A stretch of DNA of 64,000 nt from the human T2T-CHM13v2.0 reference genome, Homo sapiens (GCF_009914755.1 NC_060926.1), one strand, 5' to 3'. Positions 45,591 to 62,699 are shown, numbered from the stretch's first letter. Notes: generated by a model not told the origin, from the sequence alone. Translations and numbers: made by a program.

Positions 45591-46579
45591 GAGGCCTGTG
45601 AAAACTAGTCAACTGGCAAAAAAAGAAAATTTGAGTACTGCATTGTAGAAAAAAGATCATGATAATTCTCAGTTGAGAGTAGGTATAAGTGTATAATACC
45701 AGAAAAATATGTACACTTAATGTAAACTGAATGGCAAATGAAGAGGCAGGAGAAAATGATCATGATAATGGGGCTGCTGTCCACATGCTTCTCTAGCAAT
45801 CCCACAATGTGTCTTCATTCGCTTTGATGCTGAATACATGAGCTCTTCTATGACGAATCATTTGACCACTGAATAGCTCCAGCTTTGAGTTTGCAGTTGG
45901 CCCTGGTACCTTGTCTCAAAGTCAGCTATTTTGGTCTTGTTGGTCTGCTTCTTGATGTAGCTTCTGAGAGTTTAGTTATTCAGTACCATTGTAGAAATTT
46001 CAGTACATCAGAGGGATTCTTTCATGTATGTGGGTTGCAGCTGCCCACTGCACTGTATAGATGGTCTCACATGAGTGAATGTCCAGCCTTATTGCTCTGT
46101 TGCTGAAGAGTGAGAGAACTTGCTCTCTGTGATCAAATAGGCTACTTTTTCCTTTCATTTTATTCCTGAGCAAATAATCCTACATAGAGTTCTTCATGTA
46201 ATTTTTCTCTGATTTATATTATAAAGTGCCATGGTCAAAGTGGCATTATGTTGTGAAATAGATAAGCTAAAGAACAGTTCTTCATAGAAGAAGTAAAAAG
46301 GCTTATCAATAAGGCTAGCTCTTTGAAAGAACTATTATAGGAAATTAAAACTTTTTCTGGTAAGTTTTTAATGTACATGTTTATGTAAATGTGGATTAGG
46401 TTTAAAGTTTTTTGAACATTTAAAGAAATTCGAGAAAAAATTCACACATCCTATCACCTTATCAAAATGACTTAAGTTCTTTGTTGTTTATATGTGCATT
46501 TGTATAACTATTACAATAAGGACTTATTTATATTATAAGTTATACATATAGATTCTGATTGTGATATATGTCCTTTAAG

Positions 46580-46675
46580 GCTCTTGCAGACCAATTTGAA
46601 GATAAAACTACATCTGTATTGGAACGCCTGAAGATTTTCTATTGCTGTCAAGTACCACCTCACTGGGCCATTCAG
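46580..46675 (+). CDS. TTC27: TTC27 internal coding exon (96 nt, phase 0-0; probably exon 11), [32 protein letters not shown]
   Basis: Acceptor tcctttaAG, donor CAG|gtattt, 32 open codons continuing the TTC27 peptide. Confidence 0.95.
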
Positions 46676-46952
46676 GTATTTCTGTTGTTTGTCATTGGGT
46701 ATGGAAATCACTTGGCATTAGAAAGGTAAATGCATTATAAATTGATGATTTTAATTTATGTTTGAATTTTCAAATATTTTGCTAAAGATAATAAATGTAT
46801 CTGCCTGGGAATTGCTAACTACTTCAAATTGCTATTTTGATTAAAGTGATATTAGACTCATAAAACATTTTTAAAATAATTTAAAATCTTATGAAATAGA
46901 ATCCTAGAAATAAAATAATAGAATCATAAATGCTTGCATTTTGAAAGTAACT

Positions 46953-47126
46953 TCTTTTTTTTTAAGGGATGAGGTCTTGCTTTACTGTACAGGTTGGAGT
47001 GCTGTGGCGATTCACGGGTGTGATCATTGTGCATTACAGCCTTGAAGCCCTGGGCTTAAGCAATCACTCTTGCCTCCAGCCTCCTGAGCAGCTGGGACTA
47101 CAGATGTGCACTACCATGCCTGGCTT
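46953..47126 (-). mobile_element. FAM (fossil Alu monomer)
   Basis: Single monomer retaining the 7SL-derived segment gtggcgattcacgggtgtgatc, which dimeric Alus lack. Confidence 0.8.
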
Positions 47127-49445
47127 TGAAATAATTTCTTATATTAAAATTATTTTAAGGACTTTCTGCCAAAGAAGGAACCTTTTAAACAAGTTGTTTA
47201 CAAAAAGCAAAAGAAAGCATTTATTTGGTATACTTTAAGTTGTGAGATACACATGACTACTCTCCTCTTTCTGAGGCTATGAGAATACCTACTGTAGCTC
47301 CTAATGGCACATGGTGGAGTGGGGATTCTGGCCCCTTGTCTACATGGTTCTCCTGTATTATAGGTGTAGTTCCCTATTTTGTAAAATTTTAGCACTGAAA
47401 ATAACTTAAGACACCTGACCCAGTTTCTTAATGTTACAGAGGAGAAATTGAGGCTCGGTGCAATTAGTTTTCTGGTGTTGATCACCCAATCTACATGAAC
47501 TAGGTTTCTAGTTTCCTCACTTTTAATCTATCTCTTTTCCTTAGCTTTTCATTGGGTTGAAATTATACCAGCTAATAACAACCAACTTTTACTGCATACT
47601 TAATATGATGCATATATTTTATTCTGCATTCCACACATATTCTCTTATTTTATTGCAACAATTTTTAAAAATATCTGTTTTACACGTGAGGAAGCTAAGT
47701 CACAGAGAGGTTAAGTGGAGTCAGATGGAGCCAGCCAGGGGATTACAGATGATTTATCTACTATTGTTATTTTAATCAGTTTTCTGTCCTCTCTTTCATG
47801 GATCATACACATAGGTAGTGAGTTAGAAACATAAATGCCAACCCACCATCCAATCGTTTAAAATCCCCATTATAAGACTTCTTAAAGTAGGTTATATTCT
47901 TAAACACAGGGTGAACTAGGAGGTTTATTGTGCATTGGAGTTCAGTTTACATATTGAAGGAATCTCAATAAAACATATGCAAGTAAAAAAGCTTTATGAT
48001 ATCTCAAAAGGAATAGCTTCTTCATCAAGAATGTGTTAACAGCTGGAATTTTTTAGTGTGTTTTTGACTCTGATCTGTGAAATTGGTTAGGTGCTTTATA
48101 TTATGTGGTTTGATGGATAAACATTTCAGACTGAGCTGTTATGACAAAATGTGTCTATTGAGGGTGTTGCTTTTTATCTTTTTCTGAACAGAAACATTAG
48201 GAAACAAATACTGTTCAAACTGAATTTAGGCCAAATGCTTATCTGCCTAGGAAGCTGTAGATTTCAGGATCTTCAGGCAGTTAGATAAGGATCATTTTTC
48301 ATTAAGACGTTAATTACTTTTTCTTGCATCATGGGGACTATCTTTGTGTATTATTTTAAAGATTGAGAAATAACAGAACAGTTTATTATACAAAGAGAAT
48401 TAGTCTCTACTTTGCTACTAACTAGCCATATCATCTTGGATGTCATCAACTTTCTTCATCTGTTAAATGAAGATATTGTACTGCTCACTGCATAAGCACC
48501 AAGATTTATTCCAGCTCTCACATGCCATGGGCAGTTTTTGAAAATGTCCAATTATATTCTCTAAAATAGCCAGATTCTCCTGTATTCCATGGGTTACTGA
48601 TGTATTGGATCATTCTCATTATTTATTTTGATAATCTGTAGCTTATAATTTTTAGGCATATTTCTGATATTATCAGTCCTAGATTTTTCTGGACTTAACT
48701 CTTAAATATGTGTTGAATTTTCAGAGTAGTAAAAGTATACTTAAGAGAGAACAACACAGCTCTCTCTAATATGAAACTACACTTTATTCTGACCTTACCT
48801 ACTTTTTTAAATCTTTAAATTTTTTTTCCCTTTGTGCAGGTGTTAACACTTATAAACCACAATATATTTATTTTTAAATATGTTTAACTTTCACTGACCT
48901 TAACTCAGTTTGCTCTATTTTTTATCTGCCAGGGACTGGGAAATTAGGTAGCAAAGTTTGTTAGAATGTGCTTGAAATAAATCTAAGTAGCTTTGAGTGA
49001 GAAAGAGCTAGATATGCCCTTCTGAATAAAATTCAGCAGGGCTAATGCATAGATTTTATGTCATCTCTATTGACTGCTCAGAGTTTTAAAAATTAATTTA
49101 TTGGATCTCAGCCTCATAAGTTAGAGATTGTTATATACAGAGTGTCTAGGTAAAAAAGAAATATTTATTTTTGCTTTTTAAGTTCTTAGAGAAAATTTGT
49201 ATATATTTAGCATTTTCAACAAAAAAATTGTTCTTTAATTCCTTATACCCTATAAAGAGGCTTGTTTTCTAAAGTAAAGGTATGTATTGAATTATTACAA
49301 ACTTCTAAATAGTACAGATTGTAGAATTTATACATTTATTACAATAAGCAGACCCCTAAAAAGGCAGATTAGGTATACCTGCAAGTGAAACAGGAATCTC
49401 TTTTTACACCAAGAAGTATTAATTATTTTAACTTGATTTTTCTAG

Positions 49446-49586
<141 letters not shown>

Positions 49587-50473
49587 TGATGTACTGGTGA
49601 GAGCCTTCCCTCTGGGAGCATCTTCTCACTTGTTTTGTTTTTCAAACCCACTTTTGCCAATATTCACTTATATTCCTTTTTTCACTTTTTTTCCAGAAAA
49701 CTTTTAAATGTTTTCTCTGATTTCCACTGGGGCAGATTTTTACAAAATTTCTAAGAAAGACTAACAAGAGCTTTGAAGACGTGGGATTTTGATTTCTTTC
49801 CTTTACTCACCTTCTCCCTTAGGATGACTTCAAAGCGAAATATTTGGAATCATTTTAATGATTGCTGGGTTGCCTGATGATCAGATGCTGTGGGCCTCAA
49901 TGGAGGTTCCCTAGGAGAGAGGGTGAGAGCAGCTGGGTTGGTCTTTAAAAGAAAATCCAAAGGGTGTGACGACACCTCTTGAGGCAGAAGAGTTGTCAAG
50001 TGTGTAATGCACATTTAATTCTACCCTTAAATTGGGCCAGGAGGGAAAATGTTGCAATATTTGCATCTGTTATTTGTCTGTTGTTTTTTTCCCCTCATAC
50101 ATGAACAGAATTTTAAGAAGAATAAGGGGCTCTGCATTGTAAGTCACTTTAAAAACTGACACATTGAAATCATATGTTAAATTTTGGATTAAAAATTTAA
50201 AAGACTTAAGTTGAGTACATAAGCAAGCAGAGTAAAGCCCACAAATTGGATCATTTATACCTACAGTCAACCTTTTGCCATCACCCTAAAAAAGAGCAAT
50301 AGTGGTTCAAGCATGTGTTTTTCTTAAATACCTTCCTAAGTATGTCTATTTTAGATTAATAGTGAAAGTTGCATTTCTTTCACTAATCAGTTAATGGCAG
50401 TGAAGGTCTTTGAATTGTATTGACTTAAGGAGAAACCAGAATAAGAACAAAGTTTTACTGTGGAAGATTATCG

Positions 50474-50773
50474 ACTGGGCATGGTGGTTCACACTTGTAA
50501 TCCTAACACCTCGAGAAGCTGAGGTGGGAAGATCGCTTGAGCCCAGGAGTTCAAGACCAGCCTGGGCAACCAAGTAAGACCCCATCTCTACAAAAAAACA
50601 AAATTAAAAAATAAAAAATTAGCTGGGTGTAGTGGTGCATGCCTGTAATTCTAGTTACTTGGGAGACTGAGGGAGGATGATCACTTGGGCCTGGGAGGTT
50701 AAGGCTACAGTGAGTTGTGATCATGCCACCGCACTGCAGCCTAGACGACACAGTGAGACCCTATCTCAAAAAA
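50474..50773 (+). mobile_element. AluJ
   Basis: Sense dimer with J-type gcttgagcccaggagttc and gaggatgatcacttg. Confidence 0.92.
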
Positions 50774-50914
50774 ATATTGATAGAGTTATAATATTTTTAT
50801 CCTGGAAAAGAACCCCATAAACATCCATTCTAGCTCCCTCCTTTTGTAAATGAGGAAAGGTTTCCCTTATGATTTGCTTCAGATCACAAGCTGGTTATTG
50901 ACTCTTTACTTGCG

Positions 50915-51160
50915 AGGTAGTATGGCATGGTGGCTAAAAGCATATAGCCTCTGGTCTCTGGCTGCCGGTAGTCAAATGCCAGCCTGCTTCATGCTAGCTT
51001 TGTGATGTTGGACAAGTTGCTTTAATCTTCCTTGTCTTAGTTCCCTCATCTGGAAGCACTTAATCTATTTGCCTTATAGGTTTTTGTAAGATAATATATG
51101 TAAAGTACGTACTCTAGTGCTTACCTCATAATGTGACATGAGTGCTTGCTGCCATTACTT
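50915..51160 (+). mobile_element. MIR
   Basis: gtagtatggcatggtggctaaaagc...gtgatgttggacaagttgc...gttccctcatctg. Confidence 0.7.
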
Positions 51161-51161
51161 G

Positions 51162-51819
51162 CTGTGATTCTACGAGATGTTTTTTCTTCATATTTTAATA
51201 TCTCTAAAATTGGAATGTATTTAACAATTGATGGCATCTTCCATTTGCTCTAATTCAGGTGGCTGTCCTGTCAGGTTGTCCATACCTGTGCATGTGAAAG
51301 CTAATGATAGCTACATTTAGGCCACCATTTCAGTTGAGTTGTGGACAAGGTGTCAGCACTACGTATGTTGTGTTTAATTGCCATTTAAAATATCTTCAAA
51401 AGGATTTCATTATGATTTGGCACTGAAACAAAAAGTTATTGAATACAGAGAAAAAGACAGAACCAAATTAGAGAAATGAAAATTTAGTATTACTGAAATA
51501 AACATTTGCCATCAGATAAATCATCACAATTCCATTTACTTTTCTTTAAAAGCAGCAACCAAGTGCTTTATGAGAGTCAAGAAAGAAGGATACCCAAAAG
51601 TAGATGAAGCTTTGTTTTGTACTGAGATGTATGAAGAAAGGTTGTCATTTAAAATGTCAAGCAACGTATTGAAGGCAGGAAGAACTGCCAAATTTTTCTG
51701 AATAGACTGAAAAAAATCAAAGCAAACAAGAGGCATTAGATTATAATTAAAAGCATTTTTTCTTTCTTTAACAGAGTTTGTCTTACAACTGATAGCATCT
51801 CAAATTTGATGAAATATAG
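51162..51819. mobile_element. Kanga1/MER104-family (TcMar-Tc2) DNA transposon remnant
   Basis: attttaatatctctaaaattggaatg...acaattgatggcatctt at the left end; tcttacaactgatagcatctcaaatttgatgaaatatag at the right end. Confidence 0.65.
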
Positions 51820-53372
51820 TCATGTATTTCTTCAGCGACTTAAATATCTTTTTAGTGCCCGTTGTCTGACACTAAAGTAGTACTCAGATGTTTGTTTAAC
51901 AAAGGAATGAATGGATGAATGAATATCTTGACTTCCAGTCTGATGTAGTTCCCATTGCATCATTCTTTACTGTGCTAGTCTTTTTACACTGGCCAAGAAA
52001 TAAGTAATAACTTTATATAAAAATATGGTAGTTTTTGAAATAATAATATTTGAAATAAGCAAGTTGGTAAATCACAAATGCTCAAAGCATATTTTAGAAT
52101 ATTAATTTAATTATTTTTAGAAAGTATGGAAAGATGAGACTTTCCTTAATTGCAGGAGAAAAAACATAATGAATCCATCCCCTTCAGAGAAGGGATTTGA
52201 CTGTCCCCCTAAGTAGTTGTGATGATTATTATTTTTTTAAATGTGCACATGACCTTGTAAGAATTGTGTGTAATAATGACAAATGCTTCTGTTTCTAAAT
52301 CCTCTAGAAAATGTGCATATTTAAAATTTTAGAAATGTATAGTCATTTACTTTGTCTTAAGTTTTTTGTGAGTTTTAGCCAAACACCCCCCAAAATCTTG
52401 ATCTTAAAAGTTGATTTTAGTATTTTATTTAACCCATAAAAGACCTCCTTTACCTGTTTTTCTTATGCTATATTTGCAGATTTTTTAAACCATAGACCCT
52501 AAAAAGTTTTGCTGCAATTTAGAAGCAAATGTTTTATTTCTAAAACAGCTGATACTCTTTTGGTATTTGGTCATGTGCCAGTAGCTGTCACCACATTTTG
52601 ATTTAACTAGAAGTCTGTGAAATTTTAATCCTTGCATTTAATGCTTAATTGGCATAATTTATTTTTAAAAGGCAAATTTGGAGAAATGTTTAATTCTAAT
52701 TATTGTGTTCTGGTGCTCATGTTTACATCCCGGTGTTGTAGGGTCTCAGAAATTCTAGCTTAGAAACTACCGGCATACATTCTTGTTATTTAATGACCAT
52801 AGGCAAAATAGCTAAGATTAATTTTGCTCGACCTTGGTATCAGAACTGGTTCTCATCTGTTAGCATTTAGTATTTAAAGGTTATCCGACCCACTTACAGC
52901 AATTTCCCCTAGCTGATAGATGTATTCTTATTTTGTTGAGCAAATTTGGTTCCTAAATGAGAGACAAAGACTGAGGGTGAGGGGTTAGGGATAGATAAGG
53001 GTTGGGACCTCTCTTGTTTTCTCTTGTTTCAAGGAAGCAAGGCTTCCCTGAGATTACATGGTCCTATCTTTTATTATGCTACATTTGCAGATCATTGTAA
53101 TCATGGACTCTTAAAAAGATTTCCTTTAAATTGTAAGTTAATGTTGTATTTCTAAAACAGCTAAGACTTTTTTAGCAATTGGTTTGGATTTCCTGTTTTG
53201 GGGGCTTTTTTTTTTTTCTATCATAGAGATTCTTTATACAGTTTAAAAGATTTTCCCAGAAGTTCTTTCCTCAAACTATAGCCAGAATAGTCTTCCTAAA
53301 GACAAATCTGCCATTCTCACCCCAAGTAACTTCTCTCTGTTTCCAGGGTTAAGTCTGAGCTGTTTCGAATGA

Positions 53373-53819
<447 letters not shown>

Positions 53820-54114
53820 TAATAGCTTGAATTAAAGTACTTGTAAGTTCTTGATTTTGTAGCGCCGTCTCACTTCAGACCTTTGTAATTGTTGTCTGTC
53901 TAGAACGTTTGTCTTCTTTCAGCTAACTGCTACTTATTCTTTAGGAGATTGCTTTCTACAGAGAGCCTTCCCAGATACTTTCCTCCCACATTTGGTGGTA
54001 CCATCCACCTGTGTACTCCTATGGCACCCAAACTACTCTGGTACCCCATTTGTTGGCTCATCTGATCTACTAAATGTAAGCTGCTTAAGAACCAGACCTG
54101 TGTCAACAGCTGTT

Positions 54115-54444
<330 letters not shown>

Positions 54445-57400
54445 CAGCTGTTGCCCCAGAACCTGGCAAAGTTTTGGCATGTAGCAAGAAGTCAATCATA
54501 TTTGCTGCATGAGTAACTAGTAAGTGATCACTCAATAGTTATCTCATTGAAGCAATCTCCATGTAGGACACTCCTTATGGATGACTGCATGTGGCAGAAG
54601 ATACCCCTCCAACCACTGCCTTACTCTTCTCTCTCCAAAAACAAATTATGAGATTCCCCCACTCCCATTTGAACCTTCTAACTTTAGGAGTAGAAATAGG
54701 AACAAACCTTAAAGAATTTTGATTCTTGCTCAGTAAATGCTAAGGAAACTGTGAGCATATTATTATGTAATGCTATCTTTTGAGGGCCTTATATGTACTG
54801 CATTCTTTATATAATTATTTTATAATTGTCATATGCTATTCATAACAACCCACAAAATATGGATTGTTTTCATCACTTTACTGATTAGCATTACTAAGTG
54901 GCAGTTTTGGAATATGAGCTCAGACCTTTATTTCCTTTAAAGCCAGCACCCATTTCCCCACAACTGCCTCCCATCATGGTTATTGTTAATCCCTTAAAAA
55001 TTGGATATTAGCTTTGTAAGTTAAAACCTGTTGTGCTCACTTGATTGAGAAAAATAGGCAAAATAATGGAAAATACTCTATAAATTGGTAATGCAAATAA
55101 GAGATGATCAACTAATTGAATAATAAAGCCTGTTTTTAATTACTCTGTTTCATCTTGGACCTGGAGTATTTATGTTGGCAAGTAACCTTTAAAAAAATCA
55201 AGCCAGAGCATGGTGTTGTCACACATATAACTGTGAAAAACAATTAGTGAACATTTGGCTCCATGAGAGAGTAAGTAGGAGTAGACACCACTACACAGAA
55301 GTGTAGCTGGGAGTGTCTGATGGGTGGGGCAAAGTGTTTTGCACTTGTCACCTCTCAGCTGCTGCTCATAGAATAAGAATTTAGACTAGGAGTAAATTGC
55401 CATTCTGCTAAAAGGGTTGTTCTTGGTGAGAGTGAAACGTGCTTTGGAGTTCTGTCAGCTGTGCCCCTGTCATCTTTATGTACTGTATTGAGGACGTAGA
55501 GCACCTTTCAGTGGTCAGTCTCCCTGTCATTGAGAAACAGCCTCTACAATAGAATCAGAATCCATTTTTTGCTCTCTGCTTCAAGGTAGAAGGCTAGAAT
55601 TAGACTATGGCCAATGTTTTGTGAGTCCCTTGTGTGTGTGTGCGCACACACTTTTTAAAAATTTTTTTTAATCCTAAAGCTATTGTCAAGATGCCAAATC
55701 TGGCTAATTGGGGAACCTTAAATTCTTAGCCTGCTTTTTCTCCATTCCCTTGGAGCAAACCTGTATTTATTAAGTCTAATTTTGCTCTTCATGTGGTCCT
55801 CAAAGATACTCTTCATAGTTGGTGCCATCTCTGGGTCTAGAGCTTATTTTTTTCCCCTTCATTTTTTACGTGGAGGGCTTCCTATAGTTGTTGGTCTGCC
55901 AATTTCCCTTCCTAATATACTGACCAGATGCAAGGTCAGACAAGAACCACTCTTATCACACATTAGAATTTTAATTCTTTCCATTAATTCACAAAATTTC
56001 CGCTAATTCACAAAGTTAAGGCACAGATCACAGCCAAAAAGGGTAGTTTCATTCCTTCTCACTCAATTATGAATAACTTTCCTGAAATATTTTGTCTACC
56101 TTTTCACTGGAGGCTCAACTTAATTTTTCACCCATATTCTTTACCCCAAACCCAAGGCTTCATCCCTGACAGAGTGCTTCCTGGAATCCTAGTGGTGCTT
56201 AGGGTAGGATCTTCTCTCCCACAAATCTCAAATTTCCCATATAACAACTTGCAGAAAAACCATATCATCATAAATATAAATGAGCCCCAATATAGCAGGT
56301 TTTCAATATATTAGTTCCTTTTCTTGCACATACCTGAAATTCTCAGTTCTCAACACTGGACTGTTCTATCGCAAAATACACCATCAGGATGGGGAACCCC
56401 TCAAATACCCAAAATCCCCCTTCAGGCCATCAGTTTTGCTTCTCTGTGTTTATAGTCCTAAGAAGAGTTGCTTCCTAGTTCTCATCATTTGGTTAGAAGG
56501 GCATGTGAAATTCAGATTCTGCTATATGACCTCTCTATTCACTAGGGTAAATTTTTGTTAGATCTCTCCTAATTTAGTCATGTAGTGATACTCAGTATTG
56601 ATTTCAGCTAGAGTGTGTCACCTAAAGGAGTTCTCCTGTCGTTCCCAAATGTGAAGGATCTTTTATGTTTCTGTTTAGTATCTGAAGGACCTTAGAAAAT
56701 ACCATTAGCCCTTTGTGACTTTAGTATTAGTTCCAGTTGAGTTCATCCAATGTTTATAGACTACCTACTGTTTGCTGGGTAAGAATATTCCAAAGATGAC
56801 TAATAGACAAACTTACTACAAACACAGTTATAGTCCGATATGATAGATACACATGAGCAAATATTTTAGTATGACAGTGCTAAGATAAAAGTATGTACAG
56901 ATTCCAAATTCTATGTGGCTCTCATATTTACAGCTACATAATTCTTTCTCTGCTGTCCTGCTCTAAAGCAGTGATCTCCTTGGTTTGTATCTTGCATAGA
57001 TTCCTTTCTGAGATTTTTAGGACTCCTGTGATTTTCCACACTTTTAATAAAAAATCCAATGTTTGGTGGAAATTAGCCTTATGTGGAAAAATTTAGTTTT
57101 GATCTTCTACTATTAGTAATTTTTTTCTCTTTGACCTCACTTTCTTGATTCTTCTTGGCTAAGTTCTGTAATCATCTATTTAATGTTGACAACAGCAATT
57201 TTTCTGTTTTTGGAGAAACTACACAGTTGACCAGTGTGATTATTTATGGAAAATATTAATGTTCCTAGAAGCTCTTTCAAGTCCCCTCTTCCTAGAGGTA
57301 GGGCAACCTCAAGTGTCTTGCTTTCCAGTCTGGTTTTCTAATGGAAGGAGTTGAGGAAGAAGATAAACAGTTTAGGGCTTACTGCTTCTTTCAACCTCTC

Positions 57401-57522
57401 TGAGGTAGGTAAGCCAAAAATGAAGAAGAAACTCTCAAAATGTTAGTTTAGCTTGTTCATGGTCATTCATTTAGTAAGTAGATTTGACATTTGAAATATC
57501 TGATTAAAAGCACATACATCCA

Positions 57523-57871
<349 letters not shown>

Positions 57872-57899
57872 CTATAGACTAGATTATGCAACACAATTT

Positions 57900-58320
57900 T
57901 TTAGTAATATGTTAAAACTATTTTGGTTGTAAAATAATTAACACATACTAGCTTAGGCAAAAAAGGATATTTTATTGGTTCTTGCTACTGAAAATTCTAG
58001 TAGACTTCGCATGAGAGCTCTTCCAGGGGCTCAGATGATATCATCAGGACTTTTTAGCTCTCTCCCTGAGGCAGACATGATGGCCACAGGAAGCCCAAGT
58101 TTAGTAATCTCAGTGGAAAAATACAGTCAATTCCACACCTCTAAAGAACGATTCAGTGGAAGACTGAAGGGCTTGAGTCATGTGCCTTCTGCCATCTCAT
58201 CTGATAGGAACTACCTGGACCACACATGAAGTGGGTTTTCCTCAGGGAAGAGGAGTTTAATTTTCAGAAGATCAGGGAAGGGATGCTGAGCAGGAAAAAA
58301 GCAACTGTGATGTCCACTGT
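57900..58320 (-). mobile_element. Old MLT1 LTR fragment
   Basis: ggttgtaaaataattaacacatactagcttaggcaaaaaagg...gggcttgagtcatgtgcc. Confidence 0.5.
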
Positions 58321-58346
58321 GGGGTGGGAGTTTAATGACCTAAATC

Positions 58347-58665
58347 TGAAGTTGCAAACTGGCAGCTTATGGGTGAATATAGGCCAGAGAGACAGTTTTT
58401 TTTTGCCTAACTCAGTATTTTGAAAAAAAAATAATAATAAATAAATATTTTAAGGATACTTCATCTTAAAAAATCTAGACTTCTTGGCCTCTCTTAAAGA
58501 GTTTAAAGATGTGGAAACACTGAGCAGCCAGAGTCTCATGTTGGTGTCCTAACTGGCTGGAGCTAAGCAGTGGCTCTTTCCTTTGGATGCTCATCTACCA
58601 GCCCACTATATTCATCTCAAAAATTGGCAAGCATCTCTGGGCAATTTAGGGTATGACCTTTGCTC
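58347..58665. mobile_element. MER102-type hAT element
   Basis: agttgcaaactggcag...aaatctagacttcttggcctctctt...gatgtggaaacactg...ggctggagctaagcagtggct. Confidence 0.65.
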
Positions 58666-59030
58666 TAAATAGTGCAGGTTTCCCTGGTCAAGTAAACAGC
58701 ATGTTACTCCGGTTATAATTACAAGTTCTGCTTGAGTCTTGGCCAACTTAGTTTTGTGCTGAGATAGTCATTGCCAAAAAAAAGTATTAAAATTAATAAT
58801 TAGTTGTGTGGAATTACTATAGATTGTTGAAACAGCTTAGATTTGTATGTATGTGGAGCGGGGGTAATGATCTTTGGGGTTTGCATCTGAAAAGATTCTT
58901 GCAAGCGCTGCAGGTTCATTGCAACCAGTTGCCCATTTAAATATGTTTTTTTTGTTTGGGGAATGTATTTTTATTATTTTTAATAGACATTTAGATATAA
59001 AGTTTCTTGCATCCTATAAGAATGCACATC

Positions 59031-59340
<310 letters not shown>

Positions 59341-60028
59341 GAATGCACATCTGTATATTCCCATGGGGAAATAGTAACCAATAGCCAGAAATTCTAAAGC
59401 TTTTGCATTCTGTGAAGATTTATGGCCATTCACATTTTGATATTGCAGAAGTGATGTTATGTAGGCCCTGGTACTTTATTTATGTTCACTGGGCACATCT
59501 TTTGTAGCTCATTATTTGGTAATAAATTATGTAAATTGAGTGGATAAGTGGAGGAAGACAGAGAAAACAGAACATTTTGGAAAGAGTGAAGAAGACTGAG
59601 GAATGCAATATGACTAGCTGAAGAAAGGAAATACTGCCAGCATTGCCCTTGGGAAAGATAATTTTGTTGGCAGAAAGAAGAGGTATAAGATCTCAGGGAG
59701 AAAGAATTAACTTATCTAACACAAAAATGTGGGATAGAATTTGAGGAAAGAAGAGGTCAGTTCAGACCAAGCAGGGTGACTGCTCTAGTGTTTCTCACCT
59801 TCTCTGGAAAGTTACACACTCTGGCCCTTCAGACCCATCTTGCAGTTAATAGAATATCCAGAACTGATGTTGGGTAGCAACAAGTTACACACCATCTATT
59901 ATGTTCCTCATTCTTAAAAGAGTTGTGGTGGGTGGGAGTTGGTGGAGGAAATATATGAAATCCTGAGTACCCTAGCATTTCCAAATGTGAAGATTTTCCT
60001 GATTATGATTTCATTTTTCATTTGTATA

Positions 60029-60376
60029 CAGATGCTTCTTGACTTACAATGGGGTTACCTCCCAACAAACCCATCGTAAGTTGAAAATAATTGTAAATCT
60101 AAAATGCATTTAATACCCCTAACTTACTGAACATCATAGTTTAGCCTATTCTACCTTAAATGTGCTCAAAATACATTAGCTTAAAGTTGAGCAAAATAAT
60201 GTAACACAAAACCTATTTTGTAATAAAGTGTTCTGTATCTTATACAGTTTAAAGTGAAAAGCAGAATGATTATATGGGTACTTGATGTACAGTTTCTACC
60301 AAATGTGTATTGCTATTGTACCATTGTAAATTTAAAAAATTGTATGTCAGACCATCGTTAAGTTGGGAACTGTTTA
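60029..60376. mobile_element. MER47A (TcMar-Tigger)
   Basis: cagatgcttcttgacttacaatggggttac...accatcgttaagttgggaac with TA flanks. Confidence 0.8.
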
Positions 60377-60574
60377 TATTTATTTTGTCTTCTTTGCAAT
60401 GGTTGCAGAATACTAGGTATTAAACTCTGGTAAATCATCACAATCTATACTATAGTATAGTTTGAAGTAGAATAAATATTTGTAGAATGGTGTTTTTAAC
60501 CAAGCAGATTCTTTGAGAATATGATTTGATGTCTGAGCCTTGGATCCTGTTTTCAGCGTAGGATACCTGGGGAG

Positions 60575-62410
<1,836 letters not shown>

Positions 62411-62699
62411 TCTGCCTGTGGAATAGTGTTGAAGCTAGAATCAAGTTCCTGCTTTTTAACTTAGTGTTTCTTGGGTTTTGGGTGGCCAATTGACTAAGAA
62501 ATCTAAGCTTTTATTTCTTTCTCTCAAAAATGGGCATGTTAATATATACTACTTGGAATTATTGTAGGGATTACATGAGATCATGCATTTAAGAATCAAC
62601 TGGATAAAAGCTAACCTATATGTTACTACCAAATGGAAGGATACATAAGTTCAAAAGGTAGAAATGGGAAAAAAAAAAGATTTTATCACTTAGGCCTGT

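Noticed and set aside
46288-46365. Possible 72-nt exon ending at strong donor CTG|GTAAGT with an early TAA
   Set aside because: Acceptor pyrimidine tract is very short and there is no supporting feature.
48790-48950. Strong-looking acceptor tttttttccctttgtgcAG at 48838-39
   Set aside because: No convincing donor downstream, and the GTGTTA following the AG is too weak for a recursive site.
60445-60460. Perfect 16-bp palindrome ctatactatagtatag
   Set aside because: About one such palindrome is expected by chance in 64 kb of AT-rich DNA.
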